A stretch of DNA of 64,000 nucleotides. Source: an uncultured Gammaproteobacteria bacterium. Its GTDB lineage: Bacteria > Pseudomonadota > Gammaproteobacteria > Pseudomonadales > Pseudohongiellaceae. The stretch is from the NCBI GenBank assembly GCA_913061515.1, contig CAJXSF010000010.1:5808-69807 (forward strand). The letters are read 5' to 3'. Every line of letters begins with the position of its first letter. Within the stretch, counting starts at the first letter, position 1. A program made the translations under genes and the position numbers. The notes below the pieces were generated by a model. That model made no database searches. It was not told the origin of the DNA and saw only the letters and a program-made list of their open reading frames with translations. This document shows, piece after piece, positions 1 to 9,706 of this stretch.

Positions 1-1938
1 ACCTTCGAATTCAAATCTTGGATAAAAGAAGTCGAAAGTAAAGGCGCTGTGGGCTCAACCCCGCAAGAGAGCGCCGCGAGCCAAGCGCCGCAAGATGAGC
101 CAGAGGAAGAAGGTGATAAAGCGCCTCAAGAAACGATTGTCGAAGCAGTGCTCAATGAAGAACAACTATTAGCGTGTTGTGAGCAATTAAAGAAAGCGCC
201 AGCAATTGCCGTCTCATTAGAAACAGATGGTGCGCATTATATGGAGGCGGCAATCATAGGGGTGGCAGTCGCTGTGCAAGCCGGTGCTGCATTTTACATT
301 CCGGTGGCGCATGATTCGCTAGAGTTTCCAACCCAGCTTGATCGCCAATTGGTAATGAATACCTTAAAGCCCATTTTAGAAGATGGCGCATTAGACAAGA
401 TTGCCCACAATAGCAAACGCCTCATTCATGTCTTAGCGAACTATGAGATTGAATTGGCCGGTTTGCGATTCGATACTTTGACCGCTTCTTACGTCTTGAA
501 TTCAGTAGTGCTTGACCACCAGCTGCATAAAATTTCTGATTACTACTTGAGCCTCGGTTTACAATCACCCGAAGAGCTTCTAGGTAAAGGCAAAACAAAA
601 CTCGCCTTTAGTCAGTTAGACCTTGATGCAGCCCGCGCCTATGCCGGTAGAAAGGCCGACCTCGTATTGCGCTTGCGTCAACATCTGCAAAAAGCATTGC
701 AAAATACCGGCGAGCTTGATGGCTTGCATCGATACTATGAGATGGCGCTAATTCCCGTGCTACAGACTATGGAGCGTAACGGCATTTTAGTTGATGCCGA
801 AGTGCTTGGAAAACAAAGTAAAGCGATTGGCGAGCGACTTGTTGAGGTTGAACGCTCGGCGTTTGAAATGGCAGGCGAAGAATTTAATCTTAGTTCGCCT
901 AAACAGTTGCAGCGAATTTTCTATGAAAAACTTCAGCTGCCAGTTCTCAAGAAAACGCCTAAGGGGCAGCCCTCGACCGCCGAACCTATTTTACAAGAGC
1001 TCGCCTTGGAATACGAATTGCCAAAGTTGATCATGGATCACCGTGGCCTGAGCAAGTTGAAGTCGACCTATACTGATAAATTGCCATTGGATATCAATAA
1101 ACGCACAGGCCGAATTCATTCGAGTTTTCAACAGGCGGTGGCTGCAACAGGTCGCCTTTCTTCTACTGACCCTAACCTTCAAAATATTCCAATTCGAACA
1201 GCTGAAGGGCGTAAGGTCAGGCAGGCGTTTATCGCCAAGACAGGTTACCGATTACTGGCAGCAGACTATTCGCAAGTTGAATTACGAATAATGGCGCATT
1301 TGTCTAGCGATCCTGGTTTGTTAAAAGCATTCTCTAATGCGCAAGATGTGCATAAAGCCACGGCGGCGGAGGTGTTTTCCACCCCGCTCGAAGAGGTCAC
1401 TCAAGAACAGCGTCGGCGTGCAAAGGCGATTAACTTTGGCCTAATCTATGGGATGTCTGCGTTTGGTTTGGCTAAGCAGCTAGGGATCGACCGACAAAGC
1501 GCGCAGCACTATGTGGATTTGTATTTTCAGAAATACCCAGGGGTTTTGAAATACATGGAGCAAACACAGGCCTTTGCCGATGAGCACGGTTTTGTGGAAA
1601 CCATCTTTGGGCGCCGGCTATATTTGCCCGATATTCATGCCGGCAATGGCATGCTGCGTAAAGCGGCGCAACGAACAGCTATCAATGCCCCAATGCAAGG
1701 CAGCGCTGCCGATATCATCAAGCAGGCGATGATCGATATCGATCACTGGCTTAGCAGTAGGGTGCTAGATGCTCGCATGGTGTTGCAGGTGCACGATGAG
1801 CTCGTCTTTGAAGTTGCCGAAGCTGATGTCGAGCTGCTGCGCGAAGGCGTTCGTTTCCGTATGGTAAGCGCCGCGGCGTTGAGTGTGCCCTTAGTTGTCG
1901 ATGTCGGCGTTGGTTTTAATTGGGATGAGGCTCACTAG
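1..1938 (+). CDS. polA: DNA polymerase I, C-terminal ~645 aa (5' end lies upstream of the window)
   Basis: Frame 1 is open from nt 1, so the track Met at 49 is internal. Family-A polymerase motifs DYSQVELRIMAH, RRRAKAINFGLIYG and QVHDELVFE are present. Stop TAG at 1936-1938. Confidence 0.97.
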   Translation, partial: TFEFKSWIKEVESKGAVGSTPQESAASQAPQDEPEEEGDKAPQETIVEAVLNEEQLLACCEQLKKAPAIAVSLETDGAHYMEAAIIGVAVAVQAGAAFYIPVAHDSLEFPTQLDRQLVMNTLKPILEDGALDKIAHNSKRLIHVLANYEIELAGLRFDTLTASYVLNSVVLDHQLHKISDYYLSLGLQSPEELLGKGKTKLAFSQLDLDAARAYAGRKADLVLRLRQHLQKALQNTGELDGLHRYYEMALIPVLQTMERNGILVDAEVLGKQSKAIGERLVEVERSAFEMAGEEFNLSSPKQLQRIFYEKLQLPVLKKTPKGQPSTAEPILQELALEYELPKLIMDHRGLSKLKSTYTDKLPLDINKRTGRIHSSFQQAVAATGRLSSTDPNLQNIPIRTAEGRKVRQAFIAKTGYRLLAADYSQVELRIMAHLSSDPGLLKAFSNAQDVHKATAAEVFSTPLEEVTQEQRRRAKAINFGLIYGMSAFGLAKQLGIDRQSAQHYVDLYFQKYPGVLKYMEQTQAFADEHGFVETIFGRRLYLPDIHAGNGMLRKAAQRTAINAPMQGSAADIIKQAMIDIDHWLSSRVLDARMVLQVHDELVFEVAEADVELLREGVRFRMVSAAALSVPLVVDVGVGFNWDEAH

Positions 1939-2527
1939 CCTCTTCCTCTAACCAGCTGTTCAGTTTAGCCTCGAGCCCTTCGAGGCCAGACTTTTGCAGT
2001 GATGAAAACAACTGAATCGTCGCATTGGGGTACTGGTCCAATTGCTTCCTCGCTGTTAGCAGGGCATTTTGTGCAGCGCCGCGCTTTAATTTGTCCGATT
2101 TGGTCAATAGCACATGAATCGGCAGGTTAGATTCGTGTGACCAATTGATCATCATCAAATCGAATTCCTTAAAGGCGTGTCTTACATCGGTCAGCAGTAC
2201 GAGGCCGGCTAGCGCATCTCTTTGATTTAAATAAAGTTCTAGATGTTCTTGCCATTGGTTTTTAACATTCAATGGCACTTTCGCATAGCCATAGCCTGGC
2301 AGATCGACGATATAGCGCCCCTCTCCAATGCCGAAAAAGTTAATCAACTGAGTTCGGCCGGGAGTCTTACTTGTTCGGGCGAGGCGATTTTGGTTTGTAA
2401 GCACGTTGATGGCGCTGGATTTCCCAGCGTTGCTGCGTCCTGCAAAGGCGACTTCGCGTAAACTGTCGCTCGGACAGTCGTTAAGCCCAACGGCACTGGT
2501 GACGAAACTTGCTAATTTATAATTCAT
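1916..2527 (-). CDS. engB: Ribosome-biogenesis GTPase EngB/YihA
   Basis: G1 motif GRSNAGKSSAIN, DLPGYGYA and TKSDK are present. I chose the start at MNYKL (ATG 2525-2527) rather than the ORF-track 2578. The 3' end overlaps polA by 23 nt (convergent). Confidence 0.9.
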   Translation of the reverse strand: MNYKLASFVTSAVGLNDCPSDSLREVAFAGRSNAGKSSAINVLTNQNRLARTSKTPGRTQLINFFGIGEGRYIVDLPGYGYAKVPLNVKNQWQEHLELYLNQRDALAGLVLLTDVRHAFKEFDLMMINWSHESNLPIHVLLTKSDKLKRGAAQNALLTARKQLDQYPNATIQLFSSLQKSGLEGLEAKLNSWLEEEASEPHPN

Positions 2528-2814
2528 GGGCGCACTAGATACAGCAAGAAACCTATTTGCGCAAGCGTGCTGCACCACTGTGAGGCTTGAAAATTGCGAA
2601 AAAAGCGCCTATTAAAGGCACAAAATACGTTTCAAGTGGCTGCAATACATAGAGTAATCAGATGTATTGCGCTATAATTCGCGCCCGTTCGTCTGATTAA
2701 TTTCGCCCGTCATGCCAAAGTGTAGGCCCTAACAGGGGTTAACCGCGGGGCGGCGGCGGTTGACCGTACTGACAATACAAGCACTCTGTGAACTATAGGA
2801 AAGTTGGACTATTC

Positions 2815-3441
2815 ATGAAAAATCTAGCCACGAAGAATGCACTGACCCTGGTATCTAGTCTTATATTTGTAGCCTTTGCGAGCCTCGGCCACGCACAGGG
2901 CAATGCTGCCGCTGGTGAGAGCAAGGTAGCAGTATGCGCTGCATGCCACGGCCCTGCAGGCCAAAGCACTATTGGTGCTAACCCTAAACTAGCAGGTCAA
3001 AGCGCTGTTTATTTGATCAAACAAATGAACGAGATCAAGTCAGGTGCGCGCTCTGTGCCTTTGATGACTGGGCTTTTGAATAACTCTAACGACCAAGATA
3101 TTGCCGACATGGCAGCTTACTACGCCGAACAAGAAGTGACCCTTGAAGGCGCAGATCCTGAATTGGTTGAACTAGGTGAAAGCATTTACCGCTCTGGTAT
3201 CGCTTCATTGAACGTAGCCGCATGTTCTGCATGCCACTCGCCTACTGGCAAAGGCAATCCACAAGCAGGTTTCCCAGCATTGAGCGGCCAGCATGCTGAG
3301 TACACAGCTACGCAACTTAAAGCTTTCCGCTCTGGTGAGCGTACTAACGACGGAACAGCAGCGCCTATGCGTATTATCTCTGAGCGTCTTACAGACCGTG
3401 AGATTGATGCCTTGGCGAGCTATATTTCAGGGCTAAATTAA
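2815..3441 (+). CDS. Di-haem cytochrome c4
   Basis: Signal peptide and two haem-binding motifs (CAACH, CSACH) with distal Met regions. ATG at 2815 is preferred over GTG at 2788. Confidence 0.9.
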   Translation: MKNLATKNALTLVSSLIFVAFASLGHAQGNAAAGESKVAVCAACHGPAGQSTIGANPKLAGQSAVYLIKQMNEIKSGARSVPLMTGLLNNSNDQDIADMAAYYAEQEVTLEGADPELVELGESIYRSGIASLNVAACSACHSPTGKGNPQAGFPALSGQHAEYTATQLKAFRSGERTNDGTAAPMRIISERLTDREIDALASYISGLN

Positions 3442-3444
3442 GAT

Positions 3445-3473
3445 TTGTGATAGCGAAGTTTATTTTCGCTATC
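3445..3473 (+). terminator. Hairpin after cytochrome c4 (perfect 11-bp stem GTGATAGCGAA / TTCGCTATCAC, 7-nt loop)
   Basis: The inverted repeat was read directly. It is followed by a T-rich GGTCTTTCTC, not a clean T-tract. Confidence 0.4.
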
Positions 3474-3536
3474 ACGGTCTTTCTCAGATCAACTGTATAG
3501 TATTGATACAAGACATGAATCCGAGGGAGCAAGAAC

Positions 3537-4178
3537 ATGAACAAGTTAATTAAGCAATTATTAGTCGTTTTACTGCTAAGCCCATTGGCGTTTTCTGCGC
3601 TTGCTCAGCCTGAAAAGTATGTAGCGGGTACGCATTACACTGTATTACCAGCCCAAGTGAAAACGAATGACCCAAGCAAGATCGAAGTGGTCGAAGTCTT
3701 TTGGTACGGCTGTGCGCACTGCTTCCGCTTTGAGCCATTAATCGAAGATTGGGAAGCGAACTTGCAGGCTGATGTGGATTTTGTGCGCTTTCCTGGCATG
3801 TGGAATGAGCTTATGAAGGTTCACGCACAGGCTTTCTATGCGGCTGAAGCGCTCGATAAAGTGGATGTTCTGCATAATCCATTGTTCAATGCGATCAACG
3901 TTGAAGGCAACCGACTCCAGAACGAACAGCAAATCTCTGCGCTATTCGCCAAACATGGTGTGAGTGCTGATGATTTCAGTAAAGCGTTTAACTCATTCTC
4001 AGTTCGCACGAAAGTGAACCAAGCAGAAGCGAAGATGCGCGAATATCAAGTTCGTAGCACTCCGAATATGGTTGTGAATGGCAAATACCTCATCTCTACT
4101 GGTGACGCGGTGCGCACTCAGCAAGAAATGTTGGAAGTGGTTAACTTCCTAGTGAACAAAGAAAGAAGCTCTAGCTGA
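3537..4178 (+). CDS. dsbA: Periplasmic thiol:disulfide oxidoreductase DsbA
   Basis: Signal peptide and thioredoxin-fold active site FWYGCAHCFRFEP (CxxC). Confidence 0.92.
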   Translation: MNKLIKQLLVVLLLSPLAFSALAQPEKYVAGTHYTVLPAQVKTNDPSKIEVVEVFWYGCAHCFRFEPLIEDWEANLQADVDFVRFPGMWNELMKVHAQAFYAAEALDKVDVLHNPLFNAINVEGNRLQNEQQISALFAKHGVSADDFSKAFNSFSVRTKVNQAEAKMREYQVRSTPNMVVNGKYLISTGDAVRTQQEMLEVVNFLVNKERSSS

Positions 4179-4289
4179 TAGAAACACTGATTTGCCAAAT
4201 CGGTAGTGTGTTGGTGCCGCAACAAAGGCGGCGCCAACATACACGGTGACATTGAAGTTCAAGGACGCCCCAAATAAGAGCGGTAATCA

Positions 4290-6263
4290 ATGAGCCATAG
4301 GGATAGCGAAAGCATAGAAGTTGATCGCTGGAAAAAGAAATTTCTAGATGCACTAGAAGTGCATGACACTCGTGAAAAATCCCTCAATAATCGTATTAAA
4401 CTCCTTCGTAGAGGCCTAGTAGGCGTTAGCCTGGCCGGTGAAGGTTTGGACGTCGGGCTTGATCGTGAGCTCTCTTCTCTTCGCGCTACCCTGCGCTCTC
4501 AAGATACTGAATCTGGCCTCGAAGTCCTTTTAGAGCGAATCGAGAAGTCAGTTTTACGTTTAGATTCCCGCAAAGAGCAAAGTATCTATTCGACGCAAAA
4601 AGCGCTGAATTTAAGTGTAAAGCAACTGCAAGAATTGTCTCTTTCGCGTGAATTAAAGCGCGCTGTTAAGCAATATTCGAAGAACCTCAACAAACACATC
4701 AAAGATCCCCAAAGCCATCCTGTGTTAATCACGGATTTTCTCGAGTTGCTGCGTATGGTGATTCGTGAATTGGCGCAGACTACTGAGCCTGAGGCATCAC
4801 AGCAGGAGTCTGGGTTTTGGGCTCGTCTTTTTGCCGGTGGCACCGAGAAGTCAGTGGCTGAGCCTGTGCCGGCAACGGCTAGTAGTGCCCCAGCTCCAAA
4901 AGAAGTACAAACCGATAATAAAGATCAGGCGCCGCAAGACAGTGAACCAGAGCAGTTCGTTGCGGATGTGTTAGGTAAGGCTCCAAAAGTAGTCAACGCT
5001 GCCGCTGGCAGGACGCCTGACCAGAAAACGGGCGCCGTAGTAGAACAGACAGACGAAGACACTGCCCTACAGTCGCACAGTAATGATATTACCCCTGAGC
5101 CTATTATAGAGAAAACTGTCGAGCCAGAACGTGAAGCTGCAGTAGCACAGACACAATCGCAAGCTGAGGCCAGCGAGCCTGCAGAGGCTGAGCCAGTTTT
5201 CTCGGTTATTGCTAACCATGCCGAACCCGCCCTTTTGCGCATTCTTGAAAATATCTATGTACCAGAATCATCCAATGCGCTTGCAGCCAAAGTAAAAGCG
5301 CGAATCGAAAAAGGCTTAAATTGGTACGAATTTGTCGCGGTTTTAGAGGATATTTACGCTCTCATTAGCGCGGCAATGGAAGAGGAGCGTTCTGAATTCC
5401 AACGCTTTCTCAATGAACTCAATCAAAGCTTAGGGCAAGTGCAAGAGTATGTGCATTTCTCGAAAGAGCAAGAGGGCGCAGCGCGTGAGTCAGAGCGAGC
5501 TTTGGATGAAGCGGTTCGCTCGCAGATAGGTGAGATTAATGATTCTGTGCAGGTTGCAGAAAACATCGGTGATCTGAAGCTTGCCGTGCAAAACCAACTT
5601 GGCAGCATTCTTTCGTCTATGGATACCTTCAAAGAGATGAAGCGCCAGCAGCAGCAAAGTGCGAATGAGCATAGCCAACAGCTTGAGGCACGCTTGGCAG
5701 GGTTGGAGCAAGAATCCAAAGAGCTGCGTTTGCACTTAGCGCGACAAGAAAAACTAGCGAATCGCGATGCCCTAACAGAGCTACCTAATCGAGCCAGTTA
5801 TGATCAGCGCGTGGTTGAAGAGGTTACGCAATGGCGCACAAAATACGCAGAGGACCAAAGTGCAAGCTTGTGTTTGGGCATATGCGATGTCGATCATTTT
5901 AAGAATATCAATGACACCTATGGGCATCTAGCTGGCGATAAAGTTTTGAAAATATTGGCAAAACAAATATCGGACCAATTGGGGGACGAAAACTTCGTGG
6001 CGCGCTATGGCGGCGAAGAATTTACGATTCTTATGCCTAATAAGTCACTAGATGAAGCCCAGATGTTACTAACGCAAGTGCGAGAGAAGATTGAACGTTG
6101 CCCATTCCATTTTAAAGAGAAACTAGTGCAAATCACGATGTCGTTTGGCCTTGCTCAGTTTAAAGACACCGATACCCCCGAAAAAGTGTTTGAAAAAGCA
6201 GATAAAGCGCTCTATCAAGCGAAAAAGGCCGGCCGTAATCAAGTCTGTGTTGCTAAACCCTAG
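4290..6263 (+). CDS. Diguanylate cyclase (GGDEF) with long coiled-coil / low-complexity acidic N-terminal region
   Basis: C-terminal GGDEF domain with RYGGEEFTILM and upstream DALTELPNR. The position after dsbA matches the Pseudomonas dgcH locus as I recall it. Confidence 0.85.
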   Translation: MSHRDSESIEVDRWKKKFLDALEVHDTREKSLNNRIKLLRRGLVGVSLAGEGLDVGLDRELSSLRATLRSQDTESGLEVLLERIEKSVLRLDSRKEQSIYSTQKALNLSVKQLQELSLSRELKRAVKQYSKNLNKHIKDPQSHPVLITDFLELLRMVIRELAQTTEPEASQQESGFWARLFAGGTEKSVAEPVPATASSAPAPKEVQTDNKDQAPQDSEPEQFVADVLGKAPKVVNAAAGRTPDQKTGAVVEQTDEDTALQSHSNDITPEPIIEKTVEPEREAAVAQTQSQAEASEPAEAEPVFSVIANHAEPALLRILENIYVPESSNALAAKVKARIEKGLNWYEFVAVLEDIYALISAAMEEERSEFQRFLNELNQSLGQVQEYVHFSKEQEGAARESERALDEAVRSQIGEINDSVQVAENIGDLKLAVQNQLGSILSSMDTFKEMKRQQQQSANEHSQQLEARLAGLEQESKELRLHLARQEKLANRDALTELPNRASYDQRVVEEVTQWRTKYAEDQSASLCLGICDVDHFKNINDTYGHLAGDKVLKILAKQISDQLGDENFVARYGGEEFTILMPNKSLDEAQMLLTQVREKIERCPFHFKEKLVQITMSFGLAQFKDTDTPEKVFEKADKALYQAKKAGRNQVCVAKP

Positions 6264-6353
6264 TATCTTCCTTCCAAGAACCAAACTATTTTTCGACAAA
6301 TACAGTCTTAGTCTCGTTTCGGGAACAAATTTACCCTTATCGCGTTGGAATTC

Positions 6354-7679
6354 ATGAGTACACCGTCGTTCACTTTACAAACCTTTGGGCAAACCCTCAT
6401 CGGAAAACTCCCGGATAATATCCGTGCCTTATTACAAGGTAACCAGAACGCGCGACTGTTGAAAAACGCTGACGTCATTTTATTGGTGTATGAAGACAAG
6501 CTATATAACCTAGGCAATGGCCAGTGGCGTAGCGTCCACCAATCCGATGAGAAAAGTCTTTACAGCGTCATTGCTGAGGCCGCCGGTGAGTTGTTAGGTC
6601 AGCGTGAAGAGCCTACTTCGGTGCTACTGCTTTTACCTGCCCAACAGTTTATTGCCACACAGGTCAATATGCCGGGTATAAGCAAAGATAGCTTGCGCTC
6701 TGCGTTGCAGTTGCAATCATCGGTTTTGCTACCTAGCTATGAGTCGCCTTTGTTGTTTGCGGTAAACCCTCATGCTGACCCGAGTGCGAACCATGATGTA
6801 GTAGTTTGGAGCGACGAAGGTATTCTTGATGAGCTTTTCACGGCTTTCGCAGAACAGGATCTGTTTTTGCTGGGTGTTATGCCACGCAATGTGGCTGCAG
6901 CCCAGCTCAGCGATGTTACAGGCAAATTACTTCTTGTCGACGAAGACAGCAATAGTCTTAGCTTACTCGTCTACAAAGACGCAGTGTTAAGTGAATTTTT
7001 GCAAGTGCAACGCGCCGATCTAGAGGACCCAGATTTTGCTAGGCAGTGGCAAGAAACAGTAACAGATTTGCAGGTTGGCGTTGATGAACAGATAAAACTG
7101 ACTAGCGCCGAACAATACTGTGCTTTGCAAGGCGATGACTTAGCGCATACCGAATACAGTTTCATTCCGCAAGGGGCGCGCGCTGCACTGAAACAAAAAG
7201 AAAAAGGCAAACGGATTGTTTACGCAGCGGTTGCTGCAGTGTTCTTAGTTTTTCTCGCAACCTCCCCTTTCCTACTTCAGTCCGTGCAGTTGATGCGACT
7301 AGAATCTCAGCTCTCTAGTTTGCAAAGCGCTTCAACTCAGGCACGGGAAGACCAAGCAGCGGTGCGCGATTTTGAAATTTCCTGGGGTGTTTTGAACGAG
7401 TTCCCCAGGCAGCACATTCCCGACGTGCTGTTGCAGCTGCAGACTGTGCTTACACCGAATGTTCTTACCTCGATAGAGATCTCTGAAGGCAGTATTGAAA
7501 TAGAGGGTGAAAGCGCAGACCCACAAAGTTTGCTGCAATTATTAGAACAGGACGCCATGTTTACGGGTGTCGATTTTGCCAGAGCTACCAATAACAACCG
7601 TTATTATATTGAGATGCGTTTAAGCACGGTTGATTATGATGCTTACCGACAGCGCTATTTTCCAGATGTGAGGCGTTGA
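6354..7679 (+). CDS. GspL-like (PilM-PilN fusion-like) bitopic assembly-platform protein
   Basis: About 290-aa cytoplasmic part, one TM (IVYAAVAAVFLVFLATSPFLL), then a coiled-coil and a PilN-like periplasmic domain. It heads the T2SS cluster. The call rests on architecture and context only. The ORF track starts at TTG 6345. Confidence 0.5.
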   Translation: MSTPSFTLQTFGQTLIGKLPDNIRALLQGNQNARLLKNADVILLVYEDKLYNLGNGQWRSVHQSDEKSLYSVIAEAAGELLGQREEPTSVLLLLPAQQFIATQVNMPGISKDSLRSALQLQSSVLLPSYESPLLFAVNPHADPSANHDVVVWSDEGILDELFTAFAEQDLFLLGVMPRNVAAAQLSDVTGKLLLVDEDSNSLSLLVYKDAVLSEFLQVQRADLEDPDFARQWQETVTDLQVGVDEQIKLTSAEQYCALQGDDLAHTEYSFIPQGARAALKQKEKGKRIVYAAVAAVFLVFLATSPFLLQSVQLMRLESQLSSLQSASTQAREDQAAVRDFEISWGVLNEFPRQHIPDVLLQLQTVLTPNVLTSIEISEGSIEIEGESADPQSLLQLLEQDAMFTGVDFARATNNNRYYIEMRLSTVDYDAYRQRYFPDVRR

Positions 7680-7686
7680 ATACGAC

Positions 7687-8241
7687 ATGACTAAACGTGA
7701 AAAAAATATTCTAATTCTTGCCTCTGTCGTAGGTGTCGTTTTTATCTTGACGCAAGGGCTGCCAAGCATCAAAAGCTTTTACGGCGATCGAAACGACAGA
7801 ATCAGCCAATTAGAAACTGACGTGCAACGTCAGCAGCGCTTAATTGAAGATGCGCAGCTTTGGAGTGAAAGACGTGAGGCTGTGCAGTTGCGCAGCACCG
7901 ATTTAGGGGAACGACTTTTCCAAGAAAACTCTATTCCCCTTATAAGCGCCAATATTCAACGGCTAGTGCGTGAATATGCCACCGAAGCTGGCGTAAATAT
8001 CACCTCTACAAAACTGGCGGAGTCGATGTCCGCGGATGGCTGGTTACTGGTAGAGCAAGAGTTGTCGATACTGACCGACAGCCAAGGCAATATTATGGAT
8101 CTACTCAATAGCATAGAAACATCAGACCCTTTATTAGGGGTTAGTGATTTCAGCGTGCGTCGTAATCGAAACCAATATTCAGGCACTATCACAGTTGTTG
8201 GCTTCAGCCGAAGTGATAATGCCAATGCAGCAGCGGACTAA
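7687..8241 (+). CDS. GspM/PilO-like bitopic protein
   Basis: N-terminal TM (ILILASVVGVVFILT), a coiled-coil and a small periplasmic domain. It lies between the GspL-like and gspE genes. Confidence 0.45.
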   Translation: MTKREKNILILASVVGVVFILTQGLPSIKSFYGDRNDRISQLETDVQRQQRLIEDAQLWSERREAVQLRSTDLGERLFQENSIPLISANIQRLVREYATEAGVNITSTKLAESMSADGWLLVEQELSILTDSQGNIMDLLNSIETSDPLLGVSDFSVRRNRNQYSGTITVVGFSRSDNANAAAD

Positions 8242-8245
8242 CACT

Positions 8246-9706
8246 ATGTCAGATGCCACAATTAGTCTTCCTATGTTTGGCCAGCTTCTAGAGCCAGAAG
8301 GGATTGCTCCTGCTCAAAATTTCTCGACCACATTCGAGCTAGTATGCAACACATTGCCGAGCATCGAGTTGCGTGCAAAGATTCGTTTCATTATGGGCGA
8401 GTACGTAAAGTTTCGTCGAGGACAAGGCGACGAAGTGTCCCGTTTGATGAAGTACTGGCGTGCTGAATTGTCGCCGCAGATTGAACAAGGCGATGATGTA
8501 TTTGTATCAGGTTTCGAAGATGACGAAGAGTTAAAAGACTTAGCCTCCGAGGCGCCAATTATTCGTTTGGTAAACCACTTGTTTGCACGGGCAATGGATT
8601 TGAATGCCAGTGATATTCACTTTGAGCCCAACGAAAATCATCTGGATGTGCGTTGCCGTGTCGACGGCATCATGACAAGAATTGAACGTTTGCCTATCAA
8701 GATTCATACGGCTGTGGCCTCCCGACTAAAACTAATGGCACGTTTGGATATCGGCGAGAAACGTTTGCCACAAGATGGCCGCATCGACTCGCGTATTGGT
8801 AATAAGCAATTAGACATGCGTGTTTCTACTTTGCCAGGTGTGCATGGTGAATCAGTGGTGCTACGTATACTGGACCGTAGCGATACGGCAGTTAGCCTGC
8901 AGCAACTAGGCATGCCCGAAGAAATTCTCGGCAAATACCAACAGTTGATTACACAACCCCACGGTATGATTCTCATTACTGGGCCTACCGGCAGTGGTAA
9001 AACGACGACGCTGTATGCCACGCTAGAAAAAATAAACAGCGAAAAACAAAAAATCATTACGGTGGAAGACCCGGTCGAGTACCAACTTGAGGGCATCACT
9101 CAAATACAAGCGAACTCCAGCATCGGTTTAAGTTTTGCGGCGGGTTTGCGCTCAATCGTGCGCCAAGACCCTGATGTGTTGATGGTCGGTGAGATTCGCG
9201 ATCACGAGACTGCCGAAATTGCTATCGAGTCCGCGCTTACAGGTCACTTAGTTTTCTCAACACTGCACACCAATGATGCTGCAGGCGCTGTAACGCGAAT
9301 GCAAGATATGGGCGTTGAAGGCTATTTAATTAGCTCCAGTGTGCTTGCCATCCAAGCGCAAAGACTTGTGCGACGCGTATGCGTCGATTGCAAAGTAGAG
9401 CAGCCTCTCACGGCCGATGAAGCCAATGTATTAGATATTGATGCGAAGGACTATCCAGTACTGGCCCGGGGCAAAGGCTGTGAGCGCTGTGGCGGAAGCG
9501 GCTATCGTGGTCGTATTGGTTTATATGAGTTATTGGTGATGTCTGATGCGATTCGCCACCATGTGGCCACAGGCGCCGATGCCAATGTGATTCGCGAACA
9601 AGCGATAAAAGAAGGGATGAAAACACTGCGCCAAGATGCTCTAGAAAAACTTGCCGCTGGGCTTACCACGCCAGAAGAAGTTGTGAGGGTAACACGCGCG
9701 ATATGA
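8246..9706 (+). CDS. gspE: Type II secretion ATPase GspE
   Basis: Walker A GPTGSGKTTTLYA, Asp/His boxes and the tetracysteine motif CVDC...CERCGGSGYRGR. ATG at 8246 lies just after the upstream stop; the track start 8144 overlaps the previous gene. Confidence 0.92.
   Translation: MSDATISLPMFGQLLEPEGIAPAQNFSTTFELVCNTLPSIELRAKIRFIMGEYVKFRRGQGDEVSRLMKYWRAELSPQIEQGDDVFVSGFEDDEELKDLASEAPIIRLVNHLFARAMDLNASDIHFEPNENHLDVRCRVDGIMTRIERLPIKIHTAVASRLKLMARLDIGEKRLPQDGRIDSRIGNKQLDMRVSTLPGVHGESVVLRILDRSDTAVSLQQLGMPEEILGKYQQLITQPHGMILITGPTGSGKTTTLYATLEKINSEKQKIITVEDPVEYQLEGITQIQANSSIGLSFAAGLRSIVRQDPDVLMVGEIRDHETAEIAIESALTGHLVFSTLHTNDAAGAVTRMQDMGVEGYLISSSVLAIQAQRLVRRVCVDCKVEQPLTADEANVLDIDAKDYPVLARGKGCERCGGSGYRGRIGLYELLVMSDAIRHHVATGADANVIREQAIKEGMKTLRQDALEKLAAGLTTPEEVVRVTRAI

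Noticed and set aside
1916-1938. 23-nt convergent overlap of the polA and engB 3' ends
   Set aside because: Both reading frames are clearly real. A short convergent overlap is unremarkable and may simply reflect a slightly extended EngB C-terminus.
4210-4238. GC-rich hairpin GTTGGTGCCGC-aacaaag-GCGGCGCCAAC after dsbA
   Set aside because: One G-T wobble and no T-tract. It could be a REP-like element or a weak terminator, and there is not enough evidence to call it either.
8273-8344. GspE N-terminal segment MFGQLLEPEGIAPAQNFSTTFELV resembles the first half of the MshEN c-di-GMP-binding motif (RLGxxLLxxGLI...), and a GGDEF cyclase lies just upstream of the cluster.
   Set aside because: Too degenerate. 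The Arg is missing, several hydrophobic positions are wrong and there is no tandem second motif. The DGC belongs to the conserved core synteny rather than to the island. It is worth a binding assay only if other evidence appears.
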